Positions 50,828-61,400 of a stretch of 64,000 bases of DNA are shown here, in pieces (position 1 is the stretch's first letter; each line of letters starts with the position of its first letter). Where the stretch lies: the NCBI GenBank assembly GCA_964199315.1, contig OZ116707.1:4650001-4714000 (forward strand). The letters are read 5' to 3'. A program made the position numbers and the translations under genes. This stretch comes from Orbicella franksi (Eukaryota). The notes under the pieces were generated by a model. That model was not told the DNA's origin. It searched no databases and worked only from the letters and a program-made list of their open reading frames with translations.

Positions 50828-50954
50828 TATTTACAATATTTACAATTCTATGTGCAATTAAAATATTTACAATTTTACATACAATTTTATATACAATAAA
50901 TAAAGATACTTTAGATTTTTGATCTGTACAATTCTACTTACAATGATATTTACA
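50828..50954 (-). promoter_or_regulatory. Cluster of five TGTA(A/T)ATA motifs 3' of the YR ORF
   Basis: Plus-strand TATTTACA at 50828, 50837, 50864 and 50947, and TATATACA at 50888; all sense to the YR gene. Confidence 0.55.
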
Positions 50955-51153
50955 GGAGTTCAGCTTGGCTGAACTATGTAATGTGAACTTTTTTGTTTTT
51001 TTTCCAGTTTAGACGCAACGTTCAACACAATGTGGTCCATCAAGTGTCATCAAGAGATTCACCCGCTGTTAAGACAACTGGAACCTCTCTCTCTTCCAGA
51101 CCACACAGAACAAACACAATGCAAGTCCAATCCAGTCAAGTCGAATGACGTGC

Positions 51154-54100
51154 CTACTTCTTTTTTCTGAAGAGATTCTTCAATTTGTTGTAAATGCGTG
51201 CCCATCCTTCTTGTTCCATGAGGTCCTTCAGCCGACGATCATTATTGATGGTTTTTCGGATATCTGTCATCGCTGGCAGCTCGGAAAAGTCTCTGAAGGC
51301 TTCTTTGAGGAGTTTGGTGTCCTCAGGGTCCCACTCTGTCCGCTTGGGTCCTGTGGACCTGGAAGAGGGATCGTCAAAGTCATCCAGCCAGCTGGAGACT
51401 TTAGCCTCTTTAGGTACTTCAGACCCAGGCGGTGTTGACGTTGCACCTATCTTTGCAAGATAGTTAACATAATTTACAACTTGCTTGACCCTGTTTTTTG
51501 AAAATGAAAGAAAGTAGAGAGTGGGGATCTGTCGCAGTGTTTTCTGTACGTCGGTCATGGTGACTTTGTCACAAGCCTCGATCGTTTTGCCAAAGGCACT
51601 CCTTATTTGACCCTTTTGTTTTTTGGTGAGCATCTTATGTGTTGGAGATGGTGGCACTACTCCACTGACCATGGTTGATTGCTTTGATGATTTTGCGGAA
51701 GGTTGCGACTGGGTTTCAACGGATGGTGGTGCCGGTGGTCTTGTCGCCTTAGATGTAGATGGTGGTGGTGACGCTGGTGGGCTCTGTTTCTCGGGTGTAG
51801 TTGATCATTGTGATGCTGGTGGGCTCTGTTTCTTGGGTGTAGTTGATCGTTGTGACGCTGGTGGGCTCTGTTCCTTTGATGTAGATGGTGGTGGTGATGC
51901 TGGTGGGCTCTGTTTCTCGGGTGTAGTTGATCATTGTGATGCTGGTGGGCTCTGTTTCTTGGGTGTAGTTGATCGTTGTGACGCTGGTGGGCTCTGTTCC
52001 TTTGATGTAGATGGTGGTGGTGACGCTGGTGGGCTCTGTTTCTCGGGTGTAGTTGATCATTGTGATGCTGGTGGGCTCTGTTTCTTGGGTGTAGTTGATC
52101 GTTGTGACGCTGGTGGGCTCTGTTCCTTTGATGTAGATGGTGGTGGTGACGCTGGCGGGCTTTTTTCCTAAGATGCTGACACGGCAGCGTCGAACTTCGC
52201 CTTTTCTTTCACGTCCAATAGCCGTTGGATAATGTTAACGGCCTTGATGCCAGTATTCATCAAGTCCGGCCGTGCGTACCACTGCCTAGAGGTCTTCTCG
52301 CTATGGGCGAGGACACGCCACAGGATGGCCCGTTCTTCTGGGTTGCAGCGATCCAGCATCTGCGTGGTTATCATTTTTCTCATATCAACAAATGCGATAC
52401 GCGATCCAAGTTTTACGCCACATTTTTCTAAGAAGGCGGAAAGCCTTTTACCAATGGTGCCCTCGTGGAACACGATTCCGTCGGTTGTGATAAAGAGGGC
52501 ATCCTCATCAAGCTTGGCAAAGTCAGGGCGAATTCTGCGGACATAAATGTCCATGAATTTATATTGGTCTGGCAGCATTGGGCAGATTGCTGGTCCATCC
52601 TTTCCGCACTTGTGCTTTGCCACTAGCATGACTTTGCAACCATCTTGGACTTTACCTGAGGTGTACTCGTGCAAGGTGGCATTATTCAGCGGCCTGGGGC
52701 GAGTACCAGTGTCTAAGGAGAACTTTGTCAGCAAGAAATCCCTGACATTGACGAACTCTTTAGTACTAAGTTCCTTTCCACGACCCGCTTGAATTAGCAG
52801 CCTCTGGGCTTCGTTGTATGCGTCGCTGGACTTGATCTGAGAGAGCTCCTCCAGAGTGAGAAGTCCCTCGGTTTCATCTATCATGCGCTTGTTTTTCACA
52901 TGGTAGGTCTGGCTGTCCACGCACGAACGCCAGCCCTTGATGTCCTCCTGGAGGGTGTTGAACCTAGCCATCAAGTCAGGGTGGACAGCTGGGGCGCTCT
53001 TGTTAAACCGTTCGTGCGTGACGAAACCAAGAAACTTCTCATACGAAGTCAAATATGATATGATGGTACCAGGCTTCTTAGTGCCATTGGTCAAGTGGGG
53101 CTTGACCCAAAGCTTGCACACGGCATCACCTTGGTGATCAAGGAGGCAAAGGATGTCATCGCCCTTTGGATCGATGGTCTCGAGCAGTGATCGCATCTGG
53201 GATGCATGCTGGAGACGTATTGATCTTTTTGTCGCCAGCTGTTGGCCGCGAGAGAAACTCGTAGAAGAGTACAAGCCACCGATGGCGGGCCGTTGATGGA
53301 TGAGCTGATGTAAAGTACTGAGCTATGGTGACGTCGCAATCCTCGCCTTTCTTTAGAGGTTTTGCTGACGAATGATGTGATTGGTCATCCGATTCTGACT
53401 CGGAATCCACTGTACTGGCGGTGTCAGCTTCAGCTGTTGCAGAAGGGATGGCAGATGCAGCGGCAGAGGTGGAGGCAGATGCAGCGGCAGATGTAGCATC
53501 ATCGGGGATGGCAGAAGGTGTGGAAGAGGGAGGAACACGGGCAGCGGGAGCCAGGAGCGGTGATGAATGGTGTTTTGGGAGAACCTCAACGATTGCTGGA
53601 GGTGGTGGTACTAAGTGGTCCTCAAGCTCCGCCAACCCTGTGTACGGAGTGGCCATCTTGAGGTAGCGTATGTGCGCTTTAGAACTTCTGTCAAGCCCAT
53701 GCATAGAGGGATTCTCCAGGTGGCGTGCCATGTCTAGTACCAGTTGATTACACCCAGGCACTGGGCACCACTTCCTTTGTGGGCCTTTCACTGGCTGCTT
53801 ACCCTTTCTGGCCTGCCTCTTTCCTCGCTTAGCAGCACCAGCACGTACGATGGATAGCAGTTTGTCAACTGCCTCTTCCGCCAGATCACCTTTCTTGACG
53901 TGAACGAGAAGATGGCGCCGCAGGTCGTTCCTGTTGAAAGAACAGTTGGAGAGAGGGCACGCTTTCTTCTTATGATGCGATCTAGTAGTCTTGTGAGTCG
54001 ATGGTGATCCTGAAGGTGAGCTGACAGGAGAGGCAGTGTGCTTAGGCCTCTTTGAGGTGGGAAGCGAAGACGATGCTCGAGGTTTTTTGTTTGCAGTGTC

Positions 54101-54334
54101 ATCAGAGTCATCATCAGTGGATGATTCACTCTCATTGGCTGGGACGTATACCGAGGTCTGGTCACTGTCCTCGTCAGACTACTGTTTTTTATCGCGTTCT
54201 GAAGGTGGTCTGGCTTCGTCTTTTGATTTCTCTAAATGTCTTAAAATGTCAACCGATTTGCATAGGCTCTTTGCAAACTCTATTATCTCTGTAGAGAGCT
54301 CCTCGCCGCTGTAGTGCCCGCCGATTTTTGGCAT
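51154..54334 (-). pseudogene. Zinc-finger tyrosine recombinase (~1050 aa; Crypton-related but not DUF3504 type), disabled
   Basis: ATG at 54334; fingers CPLSNC..RHLLVH and CPVPGC..RHL..H; core-binding region (GTIISYL); catalytic DTGTRP (R), AKHK (K), DMRK, LAHSE (H) and RQWY (Y); C-terminal W..ED..LL..F helix domain. Stops at 54179 and 52168 and in the repeats; frameshift near 53230. Confidence 0.8.
51752..52160. repeat. Higher-order tandem repeat: 42-bp monomers in a 126-bp unit, ~3.25 copies
   Basis: Encodes QSPPAS-type S/P/T linker in the YR frame; the three 126-bp units are nearly identical. Confidence 0.95.
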
Positions 54335-54637
54335 TCAGTCGTACAAGCAGTAGAAAGAATGGATCATATGACTAATAGCTTTGCATGCTACAGTTTCCGA
54401 TTTGTCCATGTGGAGGCGATTGGCTGCCTCTGCAAAGAACATGACGTCATCGATCTCTTCTTCAAGTTCTTGAGACGATGTTGCCTTGGGGTCAAATCGT
54501 ACAGGAATATTATATTTGAAACCCTCTTCCAGACCCAGTTCTTCTAATGCGTTCCTGTCGCCATTAGAAGCGCACCTCAGCATAGCCATTATTCCAGGTA
54601 TTTCACCTTCCTTTGTTGACTGGATGATGACGAGCAC
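54335..54637 (-). CDS. Hypothetical ~100-aa ORF or exon whose stop abuts the YR start
   Basis: Open acidic, helical-looking frame ending TGA directly before the YR ATG; no ATG start of its own (GTG, or splice acceptor TATGTAG). Confidence 0.4.
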   Translation of the reverse strand: MLVIIQSTKEGEIPGIMAMLRCASNGDRNALEELGLEEGFKYNIPVRFDPKATSSQELEEEIDDVMFFAEAANRLHMDKSETVACKAISHMIHSFYCLYD

Positions 54638-54889
54638 TACATAACCAATTCTTGCAACAAAAGTTTGTCAAGCAAAGCCTCAACAATAAGACATGTACAT
54701 CAGAACAAAGCTAAACTTTAACTGCTGCTATCTCTAAGAAAACTTAACTCCTTTTTTCTAAGATTAAGCCTGAAGTTTGCCCCTTGGGGCGACAACTAAA
54801 CCTTCAAATCTAAGGTCGAGTCGTCAAAAATATAACCCTTAAGTTTCTAGTAAAACGGTTAAATTCTTTTTAAGTTATAGGCATTATAA

Positions 54890-55650
54890 GGTTTCGAGTA
54901 CTTGCAGAGATTATAGTGACAAGTGATACCAACATGCAGAACGCTCGTGACATATTCTATAATGTCTTCAAATTTAAGAACCTAACTTATTTTTCCTTAA
55001 GAGTTATTAGCGGTTAAAGTTTAGCCTTGTTTCCACGTATAACCAAGCGCGAAATGCACACATGGGTAATTTTGTGGTGAAACTTTGAACGCCAATAACT
55101 CTGTGAGAATTTAATCACTCCCTTTCATTTTTGCCAAGGGGTATCTAACGCAAAAAAAATTTGGAGGAATGATTAAATCCTTGCAAAGTTATTAGCTGTC
55201 GAAGTTTCGACACAAATGGATATTACGTAAACAAAGGAACCGATTTCAAAAAAATTAACACCAAACGGTTCCTCAGCATCAACAATCATATTAATACACA
55301 GGGACCTCAAGTTCTAGTAACGAGTTCCAACAGCATGCATAAATGGTCAAACAATGCACCCTTAAACTTTGACCTGAGCCTGCGCAAAAGCGATTGCATC
55401 TTATCAGAACAAAATGTGCTTGGAAGTTGCTCTAGCATCTTACACACCTTTTCTGATAGTTGTATCGTTTCTGCGCAGTGTTCTAAGGGTGCCAAAAAGC
55501 AGAAATAACGGAGCTCAAAAAAGCGTGTACTCACCCACTGAAGTCTTGAGGAAGAGTGGCTTCATGTAGGCTGCACCAAAATGTACAAAATAAAAAAAAT
55601 TGTTAAAAATTCCCATTTTAACCGATTTTGATGCGATTTTCAGCAAATAA
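54890..55650 (-). repeat. Right arm of the long diverged inverted repeat
   Basis: Reverse-complement similarity to 48200-49155; visible as the similar ORFs 48249-48446(+) and 55307-55534(-). Confidence 0.75.
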
Positions 55651-57810
55651 AAGATCATTACCTGTATTTTAAGGCTGCAGTGCTAAAACAGCTTACAATT
55701 TTCTCTGAATTGGCCAGAATTTAAACCAAAGTTAACTGTTTGCAAACAGTCATTTTTCATTTTTAAAATGTTCCTTCTATGTAGAGATTTCTGTTTTGAC
55801 CATCGTAAAAACGTCAATCGATAATTGCGAGGCCCTTTTTTGTACTGTGTAATTTTTGTTAATTATTAACTTAAACTTAATTTTTTACGAGGTTATAAAA
55901 GTTGTGCACCTCGCCCCCTCACTTCTATGAACTTTTGCTGAATTTGATTCGGATTTTAAAGGTTAGTCAAAAGTAATTACATTATTTTGTAACCCTTGTC
56001 AAGACCTTTCCATTGATGTAAAAAGCTCTTGAAAATGTTAAAACTACAAGATTTAAAATCAGAATCACGAGGTAGCACCTCGCCCCCCTTTAAATTTTTT
56101 TATTTTTTTGGAAAGAAAAAGTCATGAAATCATTACATTTTAATCAATCACAATGAAACTTGAAACACACATAGCCCTATTATTAGGTTACATTTTAACA
56201 GAGTTTTGTGTCTTAACCCTAAAGATTATGCATTTTATTAGCTAAAATATCCACAACCTTTTTTTGCATAAAAACTCAATTTGCTGACTTTGCAACTTAA
56301 TTGCGCCTTTTGTTTTCAACGAAATAATGTGAAAATGATATATGTTATGTATCAAAGACCTTTCTATCTCGTGCAAAATAATTAGCAAAAAATCATGAAA
56401 GTGGAGTAATTTATGATTGTTTGTTTAAACACACTATCTAAGTGCTGAATTAAAAAAAAACACACAACTTTCACTGTAAGTCATATCCACCAGTTTTAAA
56501 GATTTTCAAAACAAATTGTTTTATTTGAAAGACCTTTTATTGGCATCAAAAACCATGAAATAAAAAAGGTGAAAACTGATAACAAAAAGGCGACAGACAG
56601 AAAAATTTAACGGTTGTATTCCTTTCTGTGATATTTTTTGATGCAATTTGAGGGTTTTGAAGAGTCTTAAGAAACTAAATTTTGATTCAGTTTCCGCCAT
56701 TCGTTCAGAATCAGATTCACAATCATATAGCTACATTTGAGATAATTTGTTTTTAAAACTTGTTGTTTCTTCGCCGAGTTAGCCTAGGATTTAAAAAACC
56801 CTATAAATTTCAATTTGTCTTTTTCTGACATACCTTTGTATTTATCAAATTTTTGTACAGAACATAGATTTTACAAAGATTTTGATTTTACTAATCGATA
56901 GCAAAGGTGTTGCTCTATTTATTGTGTAATTCTAATGACATAATGATGATAACTAAAATTTTCACGAAGTTTTAAAAAAATGTCCCCTTGCCCCAATCTA
57001 TTTTTGGTTTTTGCTTAACAATTTATCAACTTTAATGGTGTAGAAAAAACTAATTACACCATTCGAAAGGTCGTAGAAAGACCTTTCAAACAGTATATAT
57101 GGTTTATGAAAATATTAAAATCTGAAGCGTGAAATTTACGTTTTAATTTTTGTGATGAAGTTGCACCTAGCCCCCCCAAATTTTTTGAAGTCGAAAAAAA
57201 TTCTTAAAAAAAAGCATTTCAACTCATCAAAAGGAAACTTACCACACACGTAGCGAAATAACCAATCATTAATTGTATAAAGTTTCATGTCCTACACCTC
57301 AATATTAGGGAAGATATGGTCTCTTAAGTGAAGGTTACTCATTTTTTAAAAAAGTTAAGTCTTATCCTCGGTTAATGTCTGATGTGACTTATATATCCTC
57401 ACGGCATTTTTTCCCCAAAAAAAAATTTCTTAGATCGACATGAAGGGTTAGGTAAAAGTGTTACCGTGGAAACGTTTAGGACCAAATCTAAGGCCTGCTG
57501 CCGAAATTTGGGCCTTTTTTAACGAAATCCGAGCGATTCTCCCAAGGTCGCACCTCGCCCCCAAAAATCGAATTTAACCTTAAATATCTCAACGACCTTT
57601 TAATTACGCAACCTGAAATTTTGCATGCACCTAGATAAAGTAGTTCTCTGCGCATGGCAATTTTCAACCCAATCAGAGGTTTCTAAATATATATTTTAGC
57701 GATTGGTGCAAGAGGTGAGCGAGGTGCTACTGTAGGAACCTAATTAGGGTAGGGTTCATACAAAGTTTTGAAAATATCGAAGCCCGAAGCATCGGGCAAA
57801 TTATTTTGCA

Positions 57811-59440
57811 ATGGCAGAGCCTTTCGAGTCAGATAGTGCGGAAGAAGATTTCTCAGGTTTTCCTAAAGAGCGTGAATCTAGCATAAATCATACTGACAGT
57901 GAATCGGACATATCAGTCTCAACTGTCAACACCGAAGACCTTTCAGATTTTGACCCAAACTAGTGGGAAACCGACAAAAAAGAAGTTGATCAAGAAGGGA
58001 ATTCAAATCGCGATGCTGTGAATGTTAATCCCTTTGTTCAACATACTGGCCCAGTCACCGATGTTACTGGAACATCCGCACTAGATTTCTTTATGCTGCT
58101 GTTTAAAGATAAGAATTTTGACCGAATTGCTGTTGAAACCAACTGCTATGCACAACAGTCGATAGCAGTGAAGGCCGATCCATTGTGGTATGAAACAATG
58201 GTGGATAAAATCTGCGCATTCTTTGCACTGAGCATTCTATTTGGAATCACACAGCTACCAGAAATTCATGCCTACTGGTCGAAAAATCCATTTCTTGGCG
58301 TACCAGAAGTTCAAAAGGTATTTTCAAGGGGCAGGTTTGTGAAAATTTCTCAATATCTTCATTTGAATGACAAGAGTAAAGAATTGCCATGTGGGGACGT
58401 GAACCATGATAAGTTGTTCAAAGTCTACCCTCTTCTCAATGCTGTTGTTGTCTCAATAAAGAACAAATACCTCCCTACAAAATGCGTTTCATCGACGAGG
58501 CAATGATCGCCTTTAAAGGAAGGCTTGGTATGAAGTAGTATATGCCACAAAAACCTACAAAAAGAGGTATAAAAGTGTGGGAATGTGCAGACTCTTTGAA
58601 CGGATATGTTGTTGATCTCAGTGTTTACACTGGCAAGGAGCGTGGTGTGAATACCAAGCGAGGGCTAGTATATCGATTCGTTCACAAGTGAACAAGGCCT
58701 TTGGTTGGCAAAAATCACCATGTCTTCATTGACAATTTCTTTTCTTCAATTCCTTTAGCTGAAAATTTGCCTTAAGATAAAATTTACCTCTGCGGAACTG
58801 TTTGCTCGAACCGCCAGGGCATCTCAAGGGACATTACGCCAACAACACAACAAGTGAAACGCCTTCAGCAAGAAGAAAGTATGTCTTCGAAAAGGAAATC
58901 TGGTTGTCACTGTGCGGAGAGATAAAAAGCCTGTTTATTTTCTAATTACACAGTAGAATCCTGTTGGGGATGAACAAGTGAACAGGAGGCAGCGAGATGG
59001 AAGCATGATTGAAGTTCCATCTGCTCCTGTTGTCAAATCATACAACAACAACAACATGGGTGGCGTGGACCTAAATGATCAGCTCCGCAGGTACTACATA
59101 ACGGGAAGAAAGTCTAAGAACTGGTGGTGTTGCCTTCTGTGTTTTCTTGTCAACCTCTGTATTGTCAATGCCCACATTTGGGAGAAATTGTTGAGACGCC
59201 ACAGGAACAGAACTCACCTTGCTTTTTGCCTTGACCTGGTCAAGAATCTGATTGGCGATTTTTCTGCAAGGAAATTTTCTACAAGTTCAGTACAGATTGA
59301 AGGAGGACACTGCTCTATACCCTACAGCAAAGGTCACTGTAAGTGTTGCTTGAAGCAAAGGAAAGTTACTTAGTGTAGGATGGCTTGTGAACTACGTGAC
59401 AAACGCATTTGTTTGGATTACTTTCAAAATCGTACCGCGG
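57811..59440 (+). pseudogene. piggyBac (PGBD4-like, DDE_Tnp_1_7) transposase pseudogene
   Basis: Acidic N-terminus, ETNCYAQQ, FSRGRF..ISQYLHLND, DKLFKV, IDEAM-like, FIDNFFSS, YNNNMGGVDLNDQL and a Cys-rich C-terminus; many stops and frameshifts. Confidence 0.9.
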
Positions 59441-60745
59441 AGGATCTTGTGTAATTAATGGCGCAAAGTTTGAAATTTACTTTTCAAAGGACTTTCAATT
59501 TTTGTTTCTTCGGCAAATGTTTATCCCTTCAGAATTTAAACATAGCAGCCTGTTGTATTTTAGCCTTATTTTTTCTCTCTCAGTGGCTACATGAACATTA
59601 TATGCACAGAAAAGTGATGCCCAGCTAACACAATGTTCAAAACAAAGACAACATGGAGACATTTTTGTAATGAAGTTTTCATTTTGCTATGTTTTGCAGT
59701 TACATAGTTCAGCAGCATGTACCTAAAAAGGAAAGATTTTTCATACTATCAGAAAGCTCATTATCTCTAGAGCAATGTTTTTCTCTAATGTTTTCTCTCT
59801 AAAAGCGTAGTCAGTGAGATATTAAATAAAATGTGGAATGATGTTACTAAAGACCCATTTTAAAATAGTTGAGTTCAGCTTGCCTTGGGTAGGAGGGGTG
59901 GTCCCCAACATCTGTCTCCCTTGGGCAGAAAAGGGTTAAGGACGATTTTATGGCTAGAAATTTATATGAAAATTTAATGGTGTGTGTTGGCAACAATTAT
60001 GTCATTCTTTCGTCTGAGCAGAGGGTGCAATTAGGTGCACTCATTACCCTTGGAATTGTTGACGAACCAGTAAGCCTTGATGGCTGTGAAAGCCACGCAC
60101 AAAATTACACAGAAATTGATGACTACTTACAATCCCATCTTGAGACGCGATGTCAAATTAGTCAGTATATTTGCAGCCAAACCCAGTGAAAATTCAGATA
60201 ATGTGAAAAAAATGGTGCAGTCTTTTGATGTGGCCATTAACAAAGTTCTCCCAACAGTGGCTGGCAAACATGACAGAGATACTGAAGAGGTCTTAGGACG
60301 GGGATTACATCTAAAATCATATGTCGGTGATGAAGGTGGTGCTCTGTGGCAAGGTCTTTGCATGGCAAAGGGGGAAGACGTCAAAAACAAGACCATATCA
60401 GATTTTTTCCATCTCAAACAAGACATCAACCGTAATTCCATTTATTTTAGCGACCAAAAAAGTAAAGATCAATTCAAATCAATAATGATGGATGAGTACA
60501 ATTCTCCTACCTCTTTGAAGGCAGTAGATGCAGAAAAAAGAATTGAAAAACTCATCGCAAAAAAAGCAACAAACGTCAAAAAAATGAGGACTTTTAAGGA
60601 ATGGTGGTGGCAAAGAAAAGCACACTGGCAAAAATGGTGCCACACACAGTTGTCCAGCGAAGCATCCTTTGTGGAGGTGGCAAATGCCAAGTATTTGCAT
60701 GTGTCTGGATATAGGAAAAGTCTGCTGGAGAAAGTCATCAACTGA

Positions 60746-61400
60746 AATGACGGGCAGCTGTTTATTGCCTTTGCAACCAGACAACTGCTTGACAAACTTA
60801 TCCATGAGGGTGACATAGATGAAAGGAAGAGAGATCAGCTTTACCAAGGAGTGCGTCACTTTTATCGATGAGCTGCATTAGAAGCTATGTCAAAGCTTCC
60901 CTCGCGACACGATATGCTAATCCGTGCTAGATTTGTAGACTTTTTTCTTTAAGAGGTTTTGTGATAACAGATAGTACAAAAAAGTGTTTGCAGCATTTCA
61001 GGGCAGAAGATTTATAAACTGAAACAAATGGCATTCCAAATTCCTGTATTAAAAGCAGTTTTAAGAAATCCTAAATATCAGCCAGGTGGAATTGGGACAA
61101 AAAAATTAGAGGAACAGGGGCTTGTTCATAGCCCCTTGTTGTTAGACAAAGAATCTTGCAAAATGGACAACTTTCTGAAAATTTAGGCTCTGTCAAAAGG
61201 CAATCATGATCCAAACTGTTCTTTTTAAAACAATCAACCAAAGTCTGTTGATCATGATTAGGTTACAACATAGAAGCTGTAACAATCATAAAACATTCCC
61301 ACAAAGAGAGTGCTCATTGTCGAGAAAGTCAGAATCCCATCAATGCAGATACAAATTTGCTGTAAATACATCTGGACAGTCTATGACAAACTGTTCAATG
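60746..61400 (+). pseudogene. hAT-like transposase C-terminal fragment
   Basis: LFIAFATRQLLDKLIHEGDI...GVRHFY...KLP...RARFVDF resembles the pre-dimerisation region of hAT transposases; degenerate afterwards. Confidence 0.45.

Larger units (their letters stand above)
47190..57732. mobile_element. ~10.5-kb inserted element with long internal inverted repeats, carrying YR and Myb genes
   Basis: Right end GCGAGGTGCTACTG|TA (CAGTAG-type terminus); degenerate left end; reconstructed target TTCC-TA-GGAA is palindromic; GCACCTCGCCCC motifs at both ends and internally. It may be a composite. Confidence 0.55.
46985..59935 (+). mobile_element. piggyBac transposon expanded to ~13 kb by an internal insertion
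   Basis: TIRs CCCTTTCCTGCCCTAGGGTGTCATATG vs reverse complement CCCTTTTCTGCCCAAGGGAGACAGATG; TSD CTAA (mutated)/TTAA. Excision restores the host MULE frame (..TTG CCT AAG GAC..). Without 47190-57734 it is ~2.4 kb, the usual piggyBac size. Confidence 0.85.
29748..60745 (+). pseudogene. Multi-exon Mutator-like (MULE) transposase pseudogene with coiled-coil N-terminus, split by three insertions
   Basis: Short phase-0 exons 29748-29825, 30133-30204, 30441-30533, 30615-30698, 42679-42753, 43397-43450, then ~44051-44165, ~45803-45950 and 46284 onward. Cys/His-rich WRKY-GCM1-like finger at 46500-46745. After the piggyBac the frame resumes with SLDG (D), GDEGGA (D), DFFH (C/DxxH-like) and EVANA (E). 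Confidence 0.65.

Noticed and set aside
51752-52160. Repeat array as a CRISPR
   Set aside because: No unique spacers, period is a multiple of 3 inside an ORF, eukaryotic context, no cas genes.
51623-52171. 182-aa ORF with DAGGLC repeats (+)
   Set aside because: Antisense shadow of the 42-bp tandem repeat in the YR linker; no independent evidence of coding.
57744-57756. Telomere-like TTAGGGTAGGGTT next to the inner element end
   Set aside because: Only about two imperfect units; expected by chance.
46985-59935. Teratorn-like piggyBac-virus fusion, or piggyBac with native cargo
   Set aside because: No viral polymerase, capsid or packaging genes seen; removing the inner unit gives a normal 2.4-kb piggyBac, which favours secondary insertion.
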